Assembly (NCBI RefSeq): GCF_011745625.1
Contig: NW_027191469.1
Span: 372,001 to 436,000, forward strand
Direction of reading: 5' to 3'
Length of the DNA: 64,000 nucleotides
Source: Cladosporium halotolerans
Lineage: Eukaryota
The position numbers and the translations under genes were made by a program. The notes below the pieces were generated by a model. The model was not told where the DNA came from. It worked only from the letters and a program-made list of their open reading frames with translations, and did not search any database. Positions 1 to 12,371 of the stretch are shown one piece after another (the stretch's first letter is position 1; the number at the start of each line of letters is the position of its first letter).

Positions 1-500
1 AAGAAATCGCACATGATCCACAAACTCAGGGCGCCCTTGCCCTGATTCTGCCCCCCCTGATCATTGCGAAGGTAGCCGAAGTTCTGCAATTTGTTCTCTC
101 TAACATCAATCCGCCTGCAGAGAAAGTGGCACCACGCGATCTCCGCGTCGCCGCTGGCCGTCGTCGAAGACCCAAAAGCGTGATTGACGCTGCGCATGCG
201 CTCGGCCAGAACCTCGGACGGGATCGAGTAGTGCCTGATCAGCTCTTTGTGCTCCTTGACGTCCGCAGGACTGCTCGACATGCAGCAGTTGGGCAGGAAG
301 GCGACTCTCAAGCGGCGAGGGACGGCGGAGTCGATGAGTTCCTTCGCACACTGAAACAAGACATCCTTCTCGCCATCCGGCACCTTCTCGCCCCACTGCA
401 AGCAGCGGATCAAAGGCGTCGTCTTCTCATCTCGCGGCTCTCCGAAGACGCCGTTCGGATACTCGCCGAGGTTGCGGCCGTTCTCGCAGAAGAGCGACAT
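1..500 (-). CDS. 5' part of a conserved fungal protein, possibly of the CorA-like membrane domain family; runs off the window edge
   Basis: Not in the ORF track because no stop lies inside the window. Minus-strand ATG at 500 opens an uninterrupted frame: MSLFCENGRNLGEYPNG...HYSIPSEVLAERMRSVNHAFG...AWCHFLCRR. The IP..ER..SV.H.FG..W.HFLC pattern resembles N-termini of fungal CorA-like proteins (from memory). Confidence 0.6.
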   Translation of the reverse strand, partial: MSLFCENGRNLGEYPNGVFGEPRDEKTTPLIRCLQWGEKVPDGEKDVLFQCAKELIDSAVPRRLRVAFLPNCCMSSSPADVKEHKELIRHYSIPSEVLAERMRSVNHAFGSSTTASGDAEIAWCHFLCRRIDVRENKLQNFGYLRNDQGGQNQGKGALSLWIMCDF

Positions 501-1488
501 GCTTGTTAGCGTCCTGCTTGGGACGGAATAACGAGATGAGACTCACGCATGGCGGGCGACATCAGCTTAGAAGTATGCCTTGTCCTAAGACGGGCGGCCG
601 TGCGTGGCCTGCACAGCTCTATCCTGCATCTGGTGAAGTGGCTGATTTTCAGCTCCTGCAGGAGGCCGGGCTACGGTCTGGCGTAGCGCCTCCGCGAGCC
701 TTGTATGGGCACTGATCATTGTGGGGCGCGGAGGCGGAACCTACGAGGGCGCAGGCGGCTCACACCACCTAGAAGATGCGCTGGACATTAAATTGGCGAC
801 ATTGCTCAAGTATTGATGACCGGCAGAGCAGGCGGAGCATTCGCCATGGCGCTGTTGCGGCTGAAAGCACGGTGCTTCACGGACGGGACAAAGTTCAAGC
901 CCTGGTCGTGTGGAAACCTGAATGCCTCAGGTGCAACTAATTCGCCAGAACAGGCATGGAAAGACCTCACTTCATCAGTACAGGACCAAAATTTAGGGAG
1001 CAAAGCGCATCGATTTCTTGACGATTCATAGCTAATGGCAAGGCGGATGTCAGCCAGACAAGCATTCTCCCACCGCCCCCTCGTATCGAACCTGGAGCGA
1101 GCTGGGGGTATTTCGAGCAGCGAAAGTTCAATCAAAAAGCAGGAAATTGGAAGGAGACCACCGGCCATGCTCCTGGCGCCGAGCCATGGCCGCGAGGCCT
1201 GGCAGAGCGGCGAAGCAGCGAAGAGCAATCTCGCGACGACCGGCGCACCCGACCCCTGCCACGGCGCAAAAAGGAAATGCATTCGGGTATTCAAGCGAGC
1301 CAAAGAGTAAGGAAAAAAGGGCTCCCAACGCCGGCCGCGCCCGCGCTATCTCGTCGCGAATCCTGTTGAAGAGATAGCCGTCAGGCTCTCCGTGATCCAG
1401 AACCGATACGCCCATGTAATCGTGAGCCGCTCTAATCGCCGTGCCATTGCGCCATTTGTGCCATATTCATGAGCGAGGACTTGGTCTC

Positions 1489-3303
1489 TCAGTCATTCTT
1501 CTCCACCACGGTCCCGTTGAATTCCGGGTAGCTGCCGATTGCGCCGCCCATGGTGTTGCCCAGGCTCTGGTCGATGTTGCTGTCCATTGTGTGATCGATG
1601 TTGCCCATGTTCATGTTGGTGCCCATGTGGCCCGTCATGGGCGCTTGGTCGGGTACTCTCTGGAGGCCCTGGGACGTGAGCTGCGACAGCGTATCTTCCA
1701 GGGACTTCATTCGCGCCTCTCGAGCGGAGTCGTTAGCTTCCATCCTGCGGATCCGCTCGTCTTTCTCAAGGTTGTCGGCCTTCAGGCGCTGCAGCTCCTG
1801 CTCGAGATCATCGCTGCTGCGCGGACTTGCGCCGTTGTCAAGGCGTCTGCGCTTGTTGAGATCAGGGTAGGGAGTTGAAGTGTTAAGTTCGTCAATTTCG
1901 CCAGTCTCTGAAAAGCGGGAAGCCGGGGTCTCGATCATGTCGGCGCCGGGGGCCGCATCGGCAGCAATTTGACGAAGATTCGAGGGATTCGTGGGATTCG
2001 AGGGGGCATCGGAGGTGATGCCGTGGACGCGGCGAAGATGCTCATTGAGGTTTTCTTTGCGCGTAAAGCCTTTGCCGTTGAAGCGCTTGCAGTGTGCAAC
2101 GTTGCATCTGAGCGCGTCCTTCGGGCCCCCGTGCTTGTTGTGAACTTCGCGCTCGTGGCGAAGCAAGCCACCGGAGTAGGTAAAACCCTGGAGTTTCGCG
2201 CACTGCGGCTGCTGGCACCTGTAGGGCCGATCATGCTTGTCCATGTGTTTGCTACAGAAGAAGTTAGCAATCAAGGCCGAGAAATAAGTCATGTGGCAAA
2301 GAATGCGACATACCTCCATTCGCACTTGCGGTCAAAATACAAGCCGGTACACTCCTGTGCGAAGTCGCAATAGTATTTGCCATCGTGAGCCTGAGGCGGT
2401 TCGCCGCGCTTGATCATGCGCTGCACCTTGTGCCCTTGCGAATCATCGACATTGCCGGGAGAGTTGCCATACGGCGACTCGTGCGGGCTCTGGTGATCGC
2501 CGGCGGGCATTTGCATTTGCTGGGGGCCTTGGGACATCTCGGAAAATGAGCGCTTGCGCACAGAAGTGTCGCCCATAGGTATGTGGGAGGGCGTGATCTG
2601 CCTGCTCATGGCTGGCTGATGGTCGCTAGTGGGCGACGCCAGGCCGTTGGTGCCGGTCGCCATTTGAGGGGGAATCACGTCGGCCATGTTGCGACCGTGC
2701 GGAGTTTGCACAGGGCGGCGCGTAACGGGGAGCGCGTAGTTGCTGCCTTCAAAGACGCCGTCCAGGCCGCCGAAGTTGTTCCTCCACGGCGCGTAGATGG
2801 ATGTCGCAGAGTTGCAATGAGAGTCCTGAGGCTGCACCTGCGAATCCGGAGTATATGGGTCGGCGGAGAAGGTGATGGTCGGGGTCAGCTGACGGGTCGC
2901 GCGTGGCAAAGTATGAGTCTGAACCGCAAGGCTGTCGCCGGCGTGCGCGAACTGCGGCTGCGAATATTGGTCGGGCAGACGCGTGGTGTGACTCGGATTG
3001 TGCCAGTGGCGACCTGCTGCCTGTGGTTGGTATGCGTTGTAACCTGCGGCCGCGCCCGGGCCCAGCGGAAAATTCGGCTCCTGAGGCAGCCAAGGAGTTT
3101 GGTCAGCTCCAGCCACCGCTGTGGCAAGAAGGTGTGGCGCAGCGGCCGCGAGCGCGGAGGGGGCGCGGCTGCGCGTCATCGTGGGAGGCCGGGGCTGCCG
3201 AGGCTGCTGCGAGATATGAGTTAGCGATTGATGTTCTTCCATCCTCCTTTCGTCAATATCAGACACTTACCGCGAAAGTCAGTCGTGTGCGGTTGTTGAA
3301 CAT
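1489..3303 (-). CDS. C2H2 zinc-finger transcription factor (3 fingers), spliced
   Basis: Intron 2252-2313 (GTATGT..GCTAAC..TAG) joins the two ORFs to give CEWS-KHMDKH. Fingers: YYCDFAQEC..KHMDKH, YRCQQPQC..RHEREVH, LRCNVAHC..EHLRRVH. Upstream intron 3207-3270 (GTAAGT..GCTAAC..CAG) links in frame to an ATG at 3303; alternative start at 3179. Confidence 0.88.
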
Positions 3304-4931
3304 CCAACGGAGAGCGGTGACCTTTGTGTTCTTTGTGACCGTCGAAAGGACACCCGGCCCAAGCTTGGGAGCAGTGCAAACGCGTTACTGTTCACCAGAG
3401 CAGGCGTGAAAAGCGGTTGAAGCGCGTTGAGGTCGCTCGAGAGGACAATGAATGCACGCTGCTTCACCGGTCTGACGTACTGACGGATGAAAGCAAACGC
3501 GGTGCTGAGGGTGAGAATGAGGTCGTTTTTGCAGTCAATGGCCGTCTTGACGCGGTGTTGTCGATACCAGTACTGACAAAGCAATCGATTGGTTCAGCAA
3601 TGACCTATGCGATGATCAGTCCTGGGTCTTGTCGCGATTGATGTTGCTGGAATAAGTGCGGTATACCTTTCACTCCTCAATTCGCTACAAGCCCCAACAC
3701 CCTCACTTCTAGCGTGCCTATCCTCACTCCTTCTCACTCAAAGCTCTGACTGTTCGCAAGCTTCTGCTTGTGACTAAGCTTTGGACTGATGGCTCAGGCA
3801 CACCTCTTGTTCAGGTCTCGGCAAAAGCCAAAGCCGATGGTGTTATCACTTGGTCAACCAGGACGTGCAAGTCTGCTCGCTTTCGGAACGGAGAGTTCAA
3901 CGATCAACTGTCAGATACAACGGTGACCTCGGCGTGGGCGGCGACGACGACGACGATGATGACGAGGACGACGTGGACGATGTGGGGGATCGCAGTAGGG
4001 CGAAAGGATTGAGTTCCAACGGCTTCAGGTAAAACAAAGAGCGCCAGACGACATTGGGGGGAGAGAACGGGTCCCAAGTTACTAAACATACACGACTTGA
4101 CTCGGCGGCGGATACCGGGCAGTGTCACGGTGCGTGTGAACGTTGGTCGACCGCAGCATTCAGAAGATTATACGGGCTTCAATGCTCGATGATGCGGTGG
4201 GCGACCGGGCGAACGACCCCCAAGGGCTGTGCTATGTACCGCCCACTGCTCATTGTACGTGCCTCCGCCGGTGTAAAACACCTCAGCTGCATAACCAACC
4301 GGTGAAGGAAGCGGGCGGAGTGCCCTTCTGCCTGGCGAAATGGCGCTATCGACTACAGAGGCTGGCGCGAAGGGAAAGCTGAGCCATGAAATATCTCTTT
4401 TCGTGTGGCGATTGTGCTGCGAGACAAGTGCAACAACGTACTCCGCCCCCCGTTCAGCCAGCACCGCCCTCTTGCACAGCGCGTAGGTGAGGGCGGAGTA
4501 TGCATGCTGTGGCTTGCTGCGGCTGAGGGGGCCGCAACTTCGCCCGTCGGAGCTCGCCTGGGGTCCTGTAACACCAAATTGCCTTGCATTAGAGCAAGAC
4601 TGACTGGGCTCTCATCGCCTTGGAGTCTCGGTGAGTCGTGGGAATGCTTGCAGCTGTGGCTGTACTTCAATGCGCAGGCTTACCTGCCAAGAGATTGAGA
4701 GCGCAGTTCAGAGGGTGCAAACGACTTGATGATCATACTATATCTCTGTGAGTACCCGTCGGGACCATCGCACAATGTTCACCCACCATCCAGAGCACCT
4801 CTGGGATTCATTGGGGGCAGTGAGGCAGCTAGGCAACCTTTAATTCACAGCCCTAAGCGATAAGGCGCAATCCAATCAGGGCCATCTGGACCGACATTTT
4901 ACGTTCATCCTCATATATTGAATTACAATCT

Positions 4932-5363
4932 TTAAGCGCCAATCTCCCTATTCATGTCCTTCTCTCCGCCATATCCCTCCGCCCTCCTACTCTGCACAGC
5001 GTCCGCCGTATCGCCCACCTGGTCCTGCTGTCGTCCGAAGCCCTCCTGCGCTCCAGTGCCCGAACTGGTCGAAGTATACCCGCCGGCACCTGCCTCTGAA
5101 ATCCCCTGACCGTATCGGATGTTCTCAGCCGTCTTCTCGCCCCTCTCGGCCTTCTCTTGTGCTGCGGCTTCGGGCTGGACGTCAACTGCAGTTTGGGGCT
5201 GGCCCATCTGGCCGCCGGACTTCTTGTGCGGGACCGTGTCGGTGTATGTGCTTTCGTATCTTGAAGAAAGCTGTTAGCATGTGCCTCAAAGGAAGGCTTC
5301 GTCCTAATTGACTGACTGGGTCTGCTCGCCGCCCTTTTCTGTGCTCATGAGGTTTGAAGACAT
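4932..5363 (-). CDS. small hydrophilic hypothetical protein (~124 aa), spliced
   Basis: ATG at 5363 in ACAATG context. Intron 5260-5316 (GTCAGT..GCTAAC..AAG) restores the frame: MSSNLMSTEKGGEQTQ-YESTYTDT...EKTAENIRYGQGISE...DMNREIGA. G/E/Q-rich composition. Confidence 0.7.
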
Positions 5364-5967
5364 TGTGGTTGTGTTGTGCTATGGACAATGGTGGGAGAGT
5401 CCAAGAAGCTTTGAACGCAAATACAATCAATCAACTGTAAGTCGAGTGAAGTTATCAATACTGACGGAAGTCAAGATATCACAGGACGCTTCTTCGCATT
5501 GTTTTTTAGCCCGAATAATCGCAGCATCACAGGTCTCCTTCTCCACAGCGATGATGCAAGCGGGGTGGGCGATCGCTGGCGACGTCAGATTTCGATGGGC
5601 ATGCCTGCAAGTGAGCAAACATGGGAATCTCAACTTCTCGGTACTATGCCGACAATCGCCTCAACCACATAATACTTTCTCGGCAACCGATCCAACTGCA
5701 GATCTTGTGAGCTATCAACTCTGGTGCCATTGCCGCCTTGACTTCTCTGAAGATCTCTGTGGACCTTGTCAATTGACATCTGATTGCGTTTTGCTCCGTC
5801 TCAATGCTTCTCGACGCAGGCGCTCACCTCCTCGGAGATGGCAGTGACTGACCCTATGGGTTTTATCTATGACGACGAGCCATCGTGCAGACATGAACCC
5901 ACCCAACAGCGAAAACAGCTGCGATAGATTACCTTGCACAACCAATCGCCCTCGTTCAATCATCTCT

Positions 5968-6921
5968 TTACGACCTCTCCACCCACGCCGGGCTCAACCC
6001 AGCATGCAAGCCCCCCGTAACCGGAAAATCTGCCCCCGTCGTAAACGCACTCGCATCACTAAGCAAATACGCCACAAGCGGCGTCAAATCCTCCGGCCGC
6101 CCAATCCGCCTCAGCGGCGGCGCATGGTGAAACATATCGACCAGCTTCGGATACTGAACTCCTAAGCCCTGCGTCATGGGCGAATCAATCACACCCGGCG
6201 AAATACTGTTCACCCGCACCCCAACCTCTCCCAGCTCCGCCGCCAGTGGACCCACGAGGCCTTTGACGGCCGCTTTGGACATGTTGTAGATGGAGAGGTT
6301 CTGCATAGGCAGCTTGATGCCCTGGGCTGCGACGGAGGCGATTAGGACGATGCTGCCGCCCTGCTTCTGGGCAGTCATGTGCTCCGCGGCGAGTTTGGCG
6401 GCCCAGAAAGTGCCCAGAACATTGACGGCCAGCACGCGCTGGCACTCGGCCCAGGTGTGGTCGAAAAAAGGCTTGTCGAGCGCGATTCCCGCGGCCGTAA
6501 CGCAACCTTGGATAGAGCTTGACTCCTTGATGATATTGTTGAAGCCAGTTTGGAGGGAGGATTCGTCGGTTACGTCGACTCGTTCGTAGAAGGCTTGAGT
6601 GCCGTAATCGGTTTTGAGGGTTTCAAACTCTGGTACTGGTTCAGGCAGGGCGTCTAGGACTGCGACGTTGCCGCCGAGCTGGGCGATGGCTTTGCAGATG
6701 GCGAATCCGATGCCTCGTCCACCGCCGGTGACTAGGACTGTTTTGCCTGCCATGCTTAGGCGGTCTGTGATTTTCGTGTCCGCGGTGCAGCCCTTGACAG
6801 ATACTGTTGAGGAGAATGATCTCCTGTATAACGATTGTGGTTGGGTATTCAGTTCATAGCGAGGGGCGGTTCTTGTGAAACCAGCCCGAGCACGTCGTCT
6901 GAGCATTCTTGGGAGCAGCAT
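5968..6921 (-). CDS. short-chain dehydrogenase/reductase (sugar-alcohol dehydrogenase-like)
   Basis: TGGGRGIG Rossmann motif, catalytic YNMSK, VRVNSISPG. The Arg/Ser-rich N-terminus resembles a mitochondrial presequence. Confidence 0.92.
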   Translation of the reverse strand: MLLPRMLRRRARAGFTRTAPRYELNTQPQSLYRRSFSSTVSVKGCTADTKITDRLSMAGKTVLVTGGGRGIGFAICKAIAQLGGNVAVLDALPEPVPEFETLKTDYGTQAFYERVDVTDESSLQTGFNNIIKESSSIQGCVTAAGIALDKPFFDHTWAECQRVLAVNVLGTFWAAKLAAEHMTAQKQGGSIVLIASVAAQGIKLPMQNLSIYNMSKAAVKGLVGPLAAELGEVGVRVNSISPGVIDSPMTQGLGVQYPKLVDMFHHAPPLRRIGRPEDLTPLVAYLLSDASAFTTGADFPVTGGLHAGLSPAWVERS

Positions 6922-7306
6922 ACTGGCTTACTAGAGACTTCAATTGATCGTGAGACCGATGCGGAGATGAGTTGAGTTATCATCGAAACGATTCGCAGTG
7001 ACGATTAACAAGTGTGAGGTGTCGTTCGGTTGCATGGTTCGCTTCAATTGTGTACAGCGGTTATATGATCAACCCCGCTTTGCGAGCAACACGGCTATCA
7101 TCAGCGTGACGGAGGCGATGGTGTCACAAGGAGAAGGGTCGATCAACGGATGATTTTTATTCAGATACAATACAGCAATTGTTCGCGTGAGCGTTAGCCG
7201 ACAACTCCAACGATAGTCCCACTGTACAGTTTCCAACGAAAAGCCCTGAACCAAAACCCGGACTCCCCGGCCTCGTCCATCGTATCATAGTGCCAATTCA
7301 TCAGTA

Positions 7307-10300
7307 TCAATGCGCCGGAGCAATCGGACTAGCCTCAATACTCTGCTTCGCCTCCGCCAGACTAATATTCCCAGACTCATTGATGAACTCCTGCGGGACC
7401 TTCTCACTCAAGTTGACCGCCAAGAAGCTCTTCGGCAACTTGACAGTGTGGAACTTCGCGCGCAGCGTCTCCAGAACCTCCTTCCACTGCCCATGGCTAG
7501 TCAGCGAGCGCCTCGGCGCGCATCCAATGCAGTGTTTGCTATCCAGCTGGACATCGAGCGGGTCGAAAGTGTGGCAGCCGGGCGAAAGGGTGATGCGGAT
7601 GGAGTAGTTGTAGTTCGTCTCCGGGTTCTCTGGGTCGATGTCGGCGGCCGCGTTCTCGGACTCGTACAGCTCGAAGCAGATCTGCGAAAGGTAGTCGAGC
7701 TCCGGAATGGCGTTGCGCGCAATCTTGGTCTGTACGCCACCCTCGAGGATGCAGTTCAAGAGAGTGTAGATGTGCGACTCTTTTGTGAAGTAGATGAAGG
7801 ACTTCGCGTCGTCGGAAGCTTGGACTAGAAGCGGGATTTTGTTAGTCTATGAAACGATCGATTATGGATTGGGTTTTGAGTCGCAGCTTACCTTCTTCAA
7901 TATCCTTAACGATCTCCTTCAGCAACGGCAAGCTCGTCAAGAGACCAATCTCCAGCTTCTCGGAGTCCGTGATACCATACTCTTGCGGGCCGATGAAATC
8001 GAAGAGGATCTTGCTGGAGCTGTAGAGCTCGTTCAACTTCTCAAGCCTCACGTCGTGCTTAACCTTGCTCTCCGGATGGTGCGCCTCATCCCAGCCCGTG
8101 AAGAGATTGAAGTACGACTGCGCAGGGTTGTTCTGCAGAGCCGGCGACGCGACAACATCGCGCGTGACAGAAGTGAGGTCGTAAGACTTCCTACGGAGAC
8201 CAACTCGCTCAGCCAAAGTAGGGATCTTATCCTTACTACCTTGAGGCGGCGAAGAGCCAGAGCTTGCCGCAGGCGTGTTCTTGTCGCTGGAAGGCTGGAC
8301 ACCCTCGTGGGTTTGCTGGAACTCAGCGCGGGCCTCTTGACTCTCGGTGCGATGCAGAGTGCTGTTCCTCTTGGATTCGCCCTCAAGCTCGGCGATCATG
8401 GCTTTGGAAGGAGTAAAGACCCATTCGAGGAACTGCCTATTGTGCAACGCGTCGAATTTCATGGTGTCGTAGAGCTCGCTGATCTTGCTAGGATCAACAC
8501 GTTCGGCATCCATGAACTCGTTGAAGAGCTTCTCCCAGCGCTCTTTGAAGAGCTCGGCATCCTCGCCGGTGCACCACCTAGCCTGTACGGCTGATGCTTG
8601 CGCCACTTGTGGGGTGGTAACGCTGCTGAGCGACTCATTGCTACTGTCCATCGCTTGCGGGTTGTTGATCTTGTCCTGCGACTTCGAAGCATCGGGAGGA
8701 AGCAGCTTGGCGAGGTTTGTGTGCATGACACGACGGTGGAACTTCATGAGCTCGACCACGTTGCGAACAACAAGGAAGGGTTCAGGAGTGCCATCTCTTG
8801 GCCATGCAAACTGTTCAGGCGCCTGGTGTCCCTTACGCAGCAGACCCTTGAGCTTCTTCTTGACCTTGTCCATTTCGTCCTTGGCGGCGTTGCTGTCATC
8901 AAGTAGATCCTTCCTCACACGAATCTGATCCTCGGCGATGGGCTTCTGATCCAAGAAAGCGCTTGCAAAGATCTGAGCCGAGGTCGTGACACGGCGCTCA
9001 GAAGAGGTGAAAATCGAAACATCATTGAGAACATCGCGGTTCATCAACAACAGATCATTACGCATGTTCTCACCCAGATCGGTTGCCTGGTACCTAGCCG
9101 AATGCGTCGGCTCACCGCCCCACTTCATGACTAGCTGCAACTTGTCGAGCACGAGGCTCTCCTCAGCAGCGGTAGCGCGAGACATGGTGACCTCAGAGAT
9201 GGAATCGCTTCGCTTCGACTTCTCATCTTCAGCAGCTTCCTTGAGTTTCTTCTCCTTCTTTTCCTTCTTGTCCTTCTTCCCCTCCTTTGAGGAAGCCTCC
9301 GCTTCAGATGCCAGCGCAGCTTCAGCCTCAGCCTTGATTTGCTTGGGCTTCTTGAACATGGGCTTGATCTGGACTTTCGTGCCAGCAAGGTGGCCCTTCT
9401 TCTCCAGAGCATTGCTCAGAGTGCGAAGCTTCGTCATGTCCTCCTCGCCCTCATTCATCGCCAGCTGAACGGCATGCTGCACACTATGCAGAGCCGCCTC
9501 GCCGACCAGCAAAACCTCCTCTTGATGCCCCTTAAGCAAATCGACGAAAGGCTTGGTGTGGAAGGTGAACTTAAACTTCTGCTTCGGCGTCCTGTCCGCG
9601 TGTCGAATGACCGCGACCATGCCCTTGAGCTTCCACTGACTCTTGGAAGCTGGCGCAGGGACGGCTTTTTGTGGCTCCTGCTCTTGCTGACCAAGCTCCT
9701 CGGCACTGGCGGATTGCTGGCTAGCTTCTGCACGGATATTCTCAATGTCCTTCGGCACGGCAGGAGGAGGCAGAACGTCATCCTTCGATTGTGGAATAGG
9801 CGGACGTCTCATCGGAATTCCACCACGTTCGAAACTTGGTGGCGAGGTGAGTGGACTGGTAGCTCCGCTGGGGCTGCGTTGACCGGCTGCGTTTCCGTGC
9901 CGGCTGGCAGCTTGTGAGACACTATCACGAAGCGCGGAAATGCTGCGGCTCCTGAACACGTCCTTAAAAGTGCTGCGGTGTCCCTGCTCTTTCTCGCGCG
10001 GGTTTGTCGACTGTCTCTTGATTCCGAGTCCGTCGGGTGGGAGTGACATGACAGCATCGTCGCCTTCGTAATCACTAGGCGTGGTGCTGCGTCCTTCCTT
10101 GCGCTGCTTCGCGGCGATAAACATGGCTCTGAGGATCTGAGCACTCCTGTCGTAGTACTCGTTGTTGTCCTTGACAAAGCTCCAACCGTTGACGTCAATC
10201 ACAAAGCTCTCCTTCTCCACGCGAAGAAGATCGAAGCCGCAAACTGCTTGGCCAAAGCCTTTCGCAATTTTCGCGGCCATGTCCTGTTCATTTTCAGAAA

Positions 10301-11957
10301 GTGGCGTCACGTAACGGATTTCTTTGCCATTCGGGTTACGCTTGACAACACCGTCGACGACAGGCGACTTCCTCGTTTCGGCGTGGCAGTATTCGGTGCC
10401 AACAGTGTACGCTTTCACATCTTCGGCATTCTCTACCTTCAAGAATTGCTCGTAGATGTAAGAAACGCTTGGCTCCAGGATAGCGCGGGGAATTGTGAGG
10501 CTTTCGTCTTTCTCGGAGCTCTTGTTGTTGATCTTCCTGAAAAGTCTTCGTCCTCCGCCACCCTGCGACTTCGGGTAGTAGATGTTGATGTTGTGATCTT
10601 CACCACTAACAGGCTTCTCCACAAAGGGCTTGCTCAGGCGCTGCCCGTCGACAACCAGGGTATCGTCGTCGTCTTCCATGTGGACATCGGTCGGAGCCTC
10701 CTCGCCTCCGCCTCTTCCATCATCGGAGCCATCGAGCTTCAGCCCTGTGAGCGACTCGACCCTCTTAGCAATGTCCGTGCTCAGCAGGACGGGCCCGCCG
10801 TCGCGGTTGACTGCCAAACGTTTCGGGGACGGAACCTCCAACTTATCAAGGATCCTAAGACACATACGGCGGTCCCAAAGAACAGTCTGCATTGGCAGAT
10901 CGTTGACGCAGAAGGGGTGCCTTAGCTTGACATACGCAATTGCTTTCTCCAGGGGGAAGCCGTCGCTGAAGAAGCTGATAAGGAAATCGCACACTGGCCA
11001 ATTTTCCACATTCTCGTCCAAGATGACTTTGTCGCCGAAGATGATGACTTTGAAGTCGCCATCTTTACCGACAAGTCGATTCAAAATATTACGCGAAGGT
11101 TTTGAACGAGCTTTGGAATCAAGGGCGCAAATGCCGATCGTGCCGATGAAGTTGGGGGATTCGGAAATGGTGGAGCGATCCTGAGATGGCGATGCTGAGC
11201 CTGGAACACTATTTCCCATGCGTCCGGAGCCTGGCAGAGCGCGGCCGCGGACTGTACGACCTGATCTGGTGGCATTTGCGCCTGGTGATGAAGGGGAAGT
11301 AGAAGGCACATGAGCTGGCTGAGCCGTGAGAGATGGCTCTCGAAGCGAGCCATTGAGCGAAGGTGACAGAGTACCGCTCTGGCTTGATGTGCCAGAGACA
11401 TTGTGAACAGATGCCGGGGCAGGATCAACGTCGGAGTTGCCAGCAATCGAGCCTGGGGCGCTGCCGTAAGCCTGTTTTGCGGCTGTGTACAAGCCAGTTC
11501 CGTAATTGTAGAGCGACGAAAAGCTCATGCGATTAGAGTCGAGGTCCGGCTCCGGAGGTCGCATATGACCAGAAACCGCAGCATCTGGGAGACTTGCTGG
11601 GGCTGGCACATTTTCCTTCTGAGAGCCAGAGATGGTTGGCGTGCTCTCGCTGAGCGACGGGTCGTCGCCCACGCCGGGATCCGCAGTCATCTGCTTATCA
11701 TCGGACATGTTGCCGATGGATGACCAGCCTTCACTTCTTCTGCCTCTGGGAGGTGAGGGTTGGTTGAAGGCAGATTCCTGATTTGGATTTGGTGGTGGCG
11801 GCATGGCTAGACTCGTCGGGTCGGTCTGCCCGCCCGTAGTGTCCGCGGCGGGCACAGACTGTGACGACGATGTGGAGCGAGGGCTTGAGACTGTGTTCAG
11901 ACGAGTATTTCCATCACCCGCAATACCGTCCGCCCCATTGCCAGGCGTGGACGCCAT
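7307..11957 (-). CDS. VIP1: inositol hexakisphosphate / diphosphoinositol-pentakisphosphate kinase (Vip1/Asp1/PPIP5K)
   Basis: ATP-grasp kinase motifs (CDFLISFFSDGFPLEKAI, EDHNINIYY, HAETRKSPVVDG, DVNGWSFVK) and histidine phosphatase RHADRTPKQK. Intron 7825-7891 (GTAAGC..ACTAAC..TAG) joins to the last exon with YFTKESHIYTLLN. Confidence 0.96.
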
Positions 11958-12371
11958 AATGGGGTCTGCGAAGAGTGAAAGGTGCAGAAGAGAGGGTTGC
12001 TGGCTTGAGACTAGAATTCATCAATGCACTGATATAGTAGTGCATTCAGTTGGGACAACTGCAAAGGATAAGCTTCTTGCGAAACAAACATTGAGCCATG
12101 CAAATCTAATTGCTGCCGGCTTTATCAATGCATTTGGCGAAACCAAACTCCTTTCGATGACCTTTGTAACTATCAAAAATGCTTGCGAAGATTGATAAGA
12201 GGGCAGCGACACACAACTCTAAAGCAGGTACGTCAGGCGGCGTGAAGCGGCATGGTGGCCTCAGGCATCCACAAGCTCGCTTCGAGGCAAAATTTCCCGA
12301 ACCCTCAAAGAATTTGGATTTATGATCTGGGTTTCGATAACAGGGCATTCGCTTGTCGCCCGTGAGTCGCA

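Noticed and set aside
126..509. 127-aa plus-strand ORF
   Set aside because: Antisense of the more protein-like minus-strand frame starting at 500.
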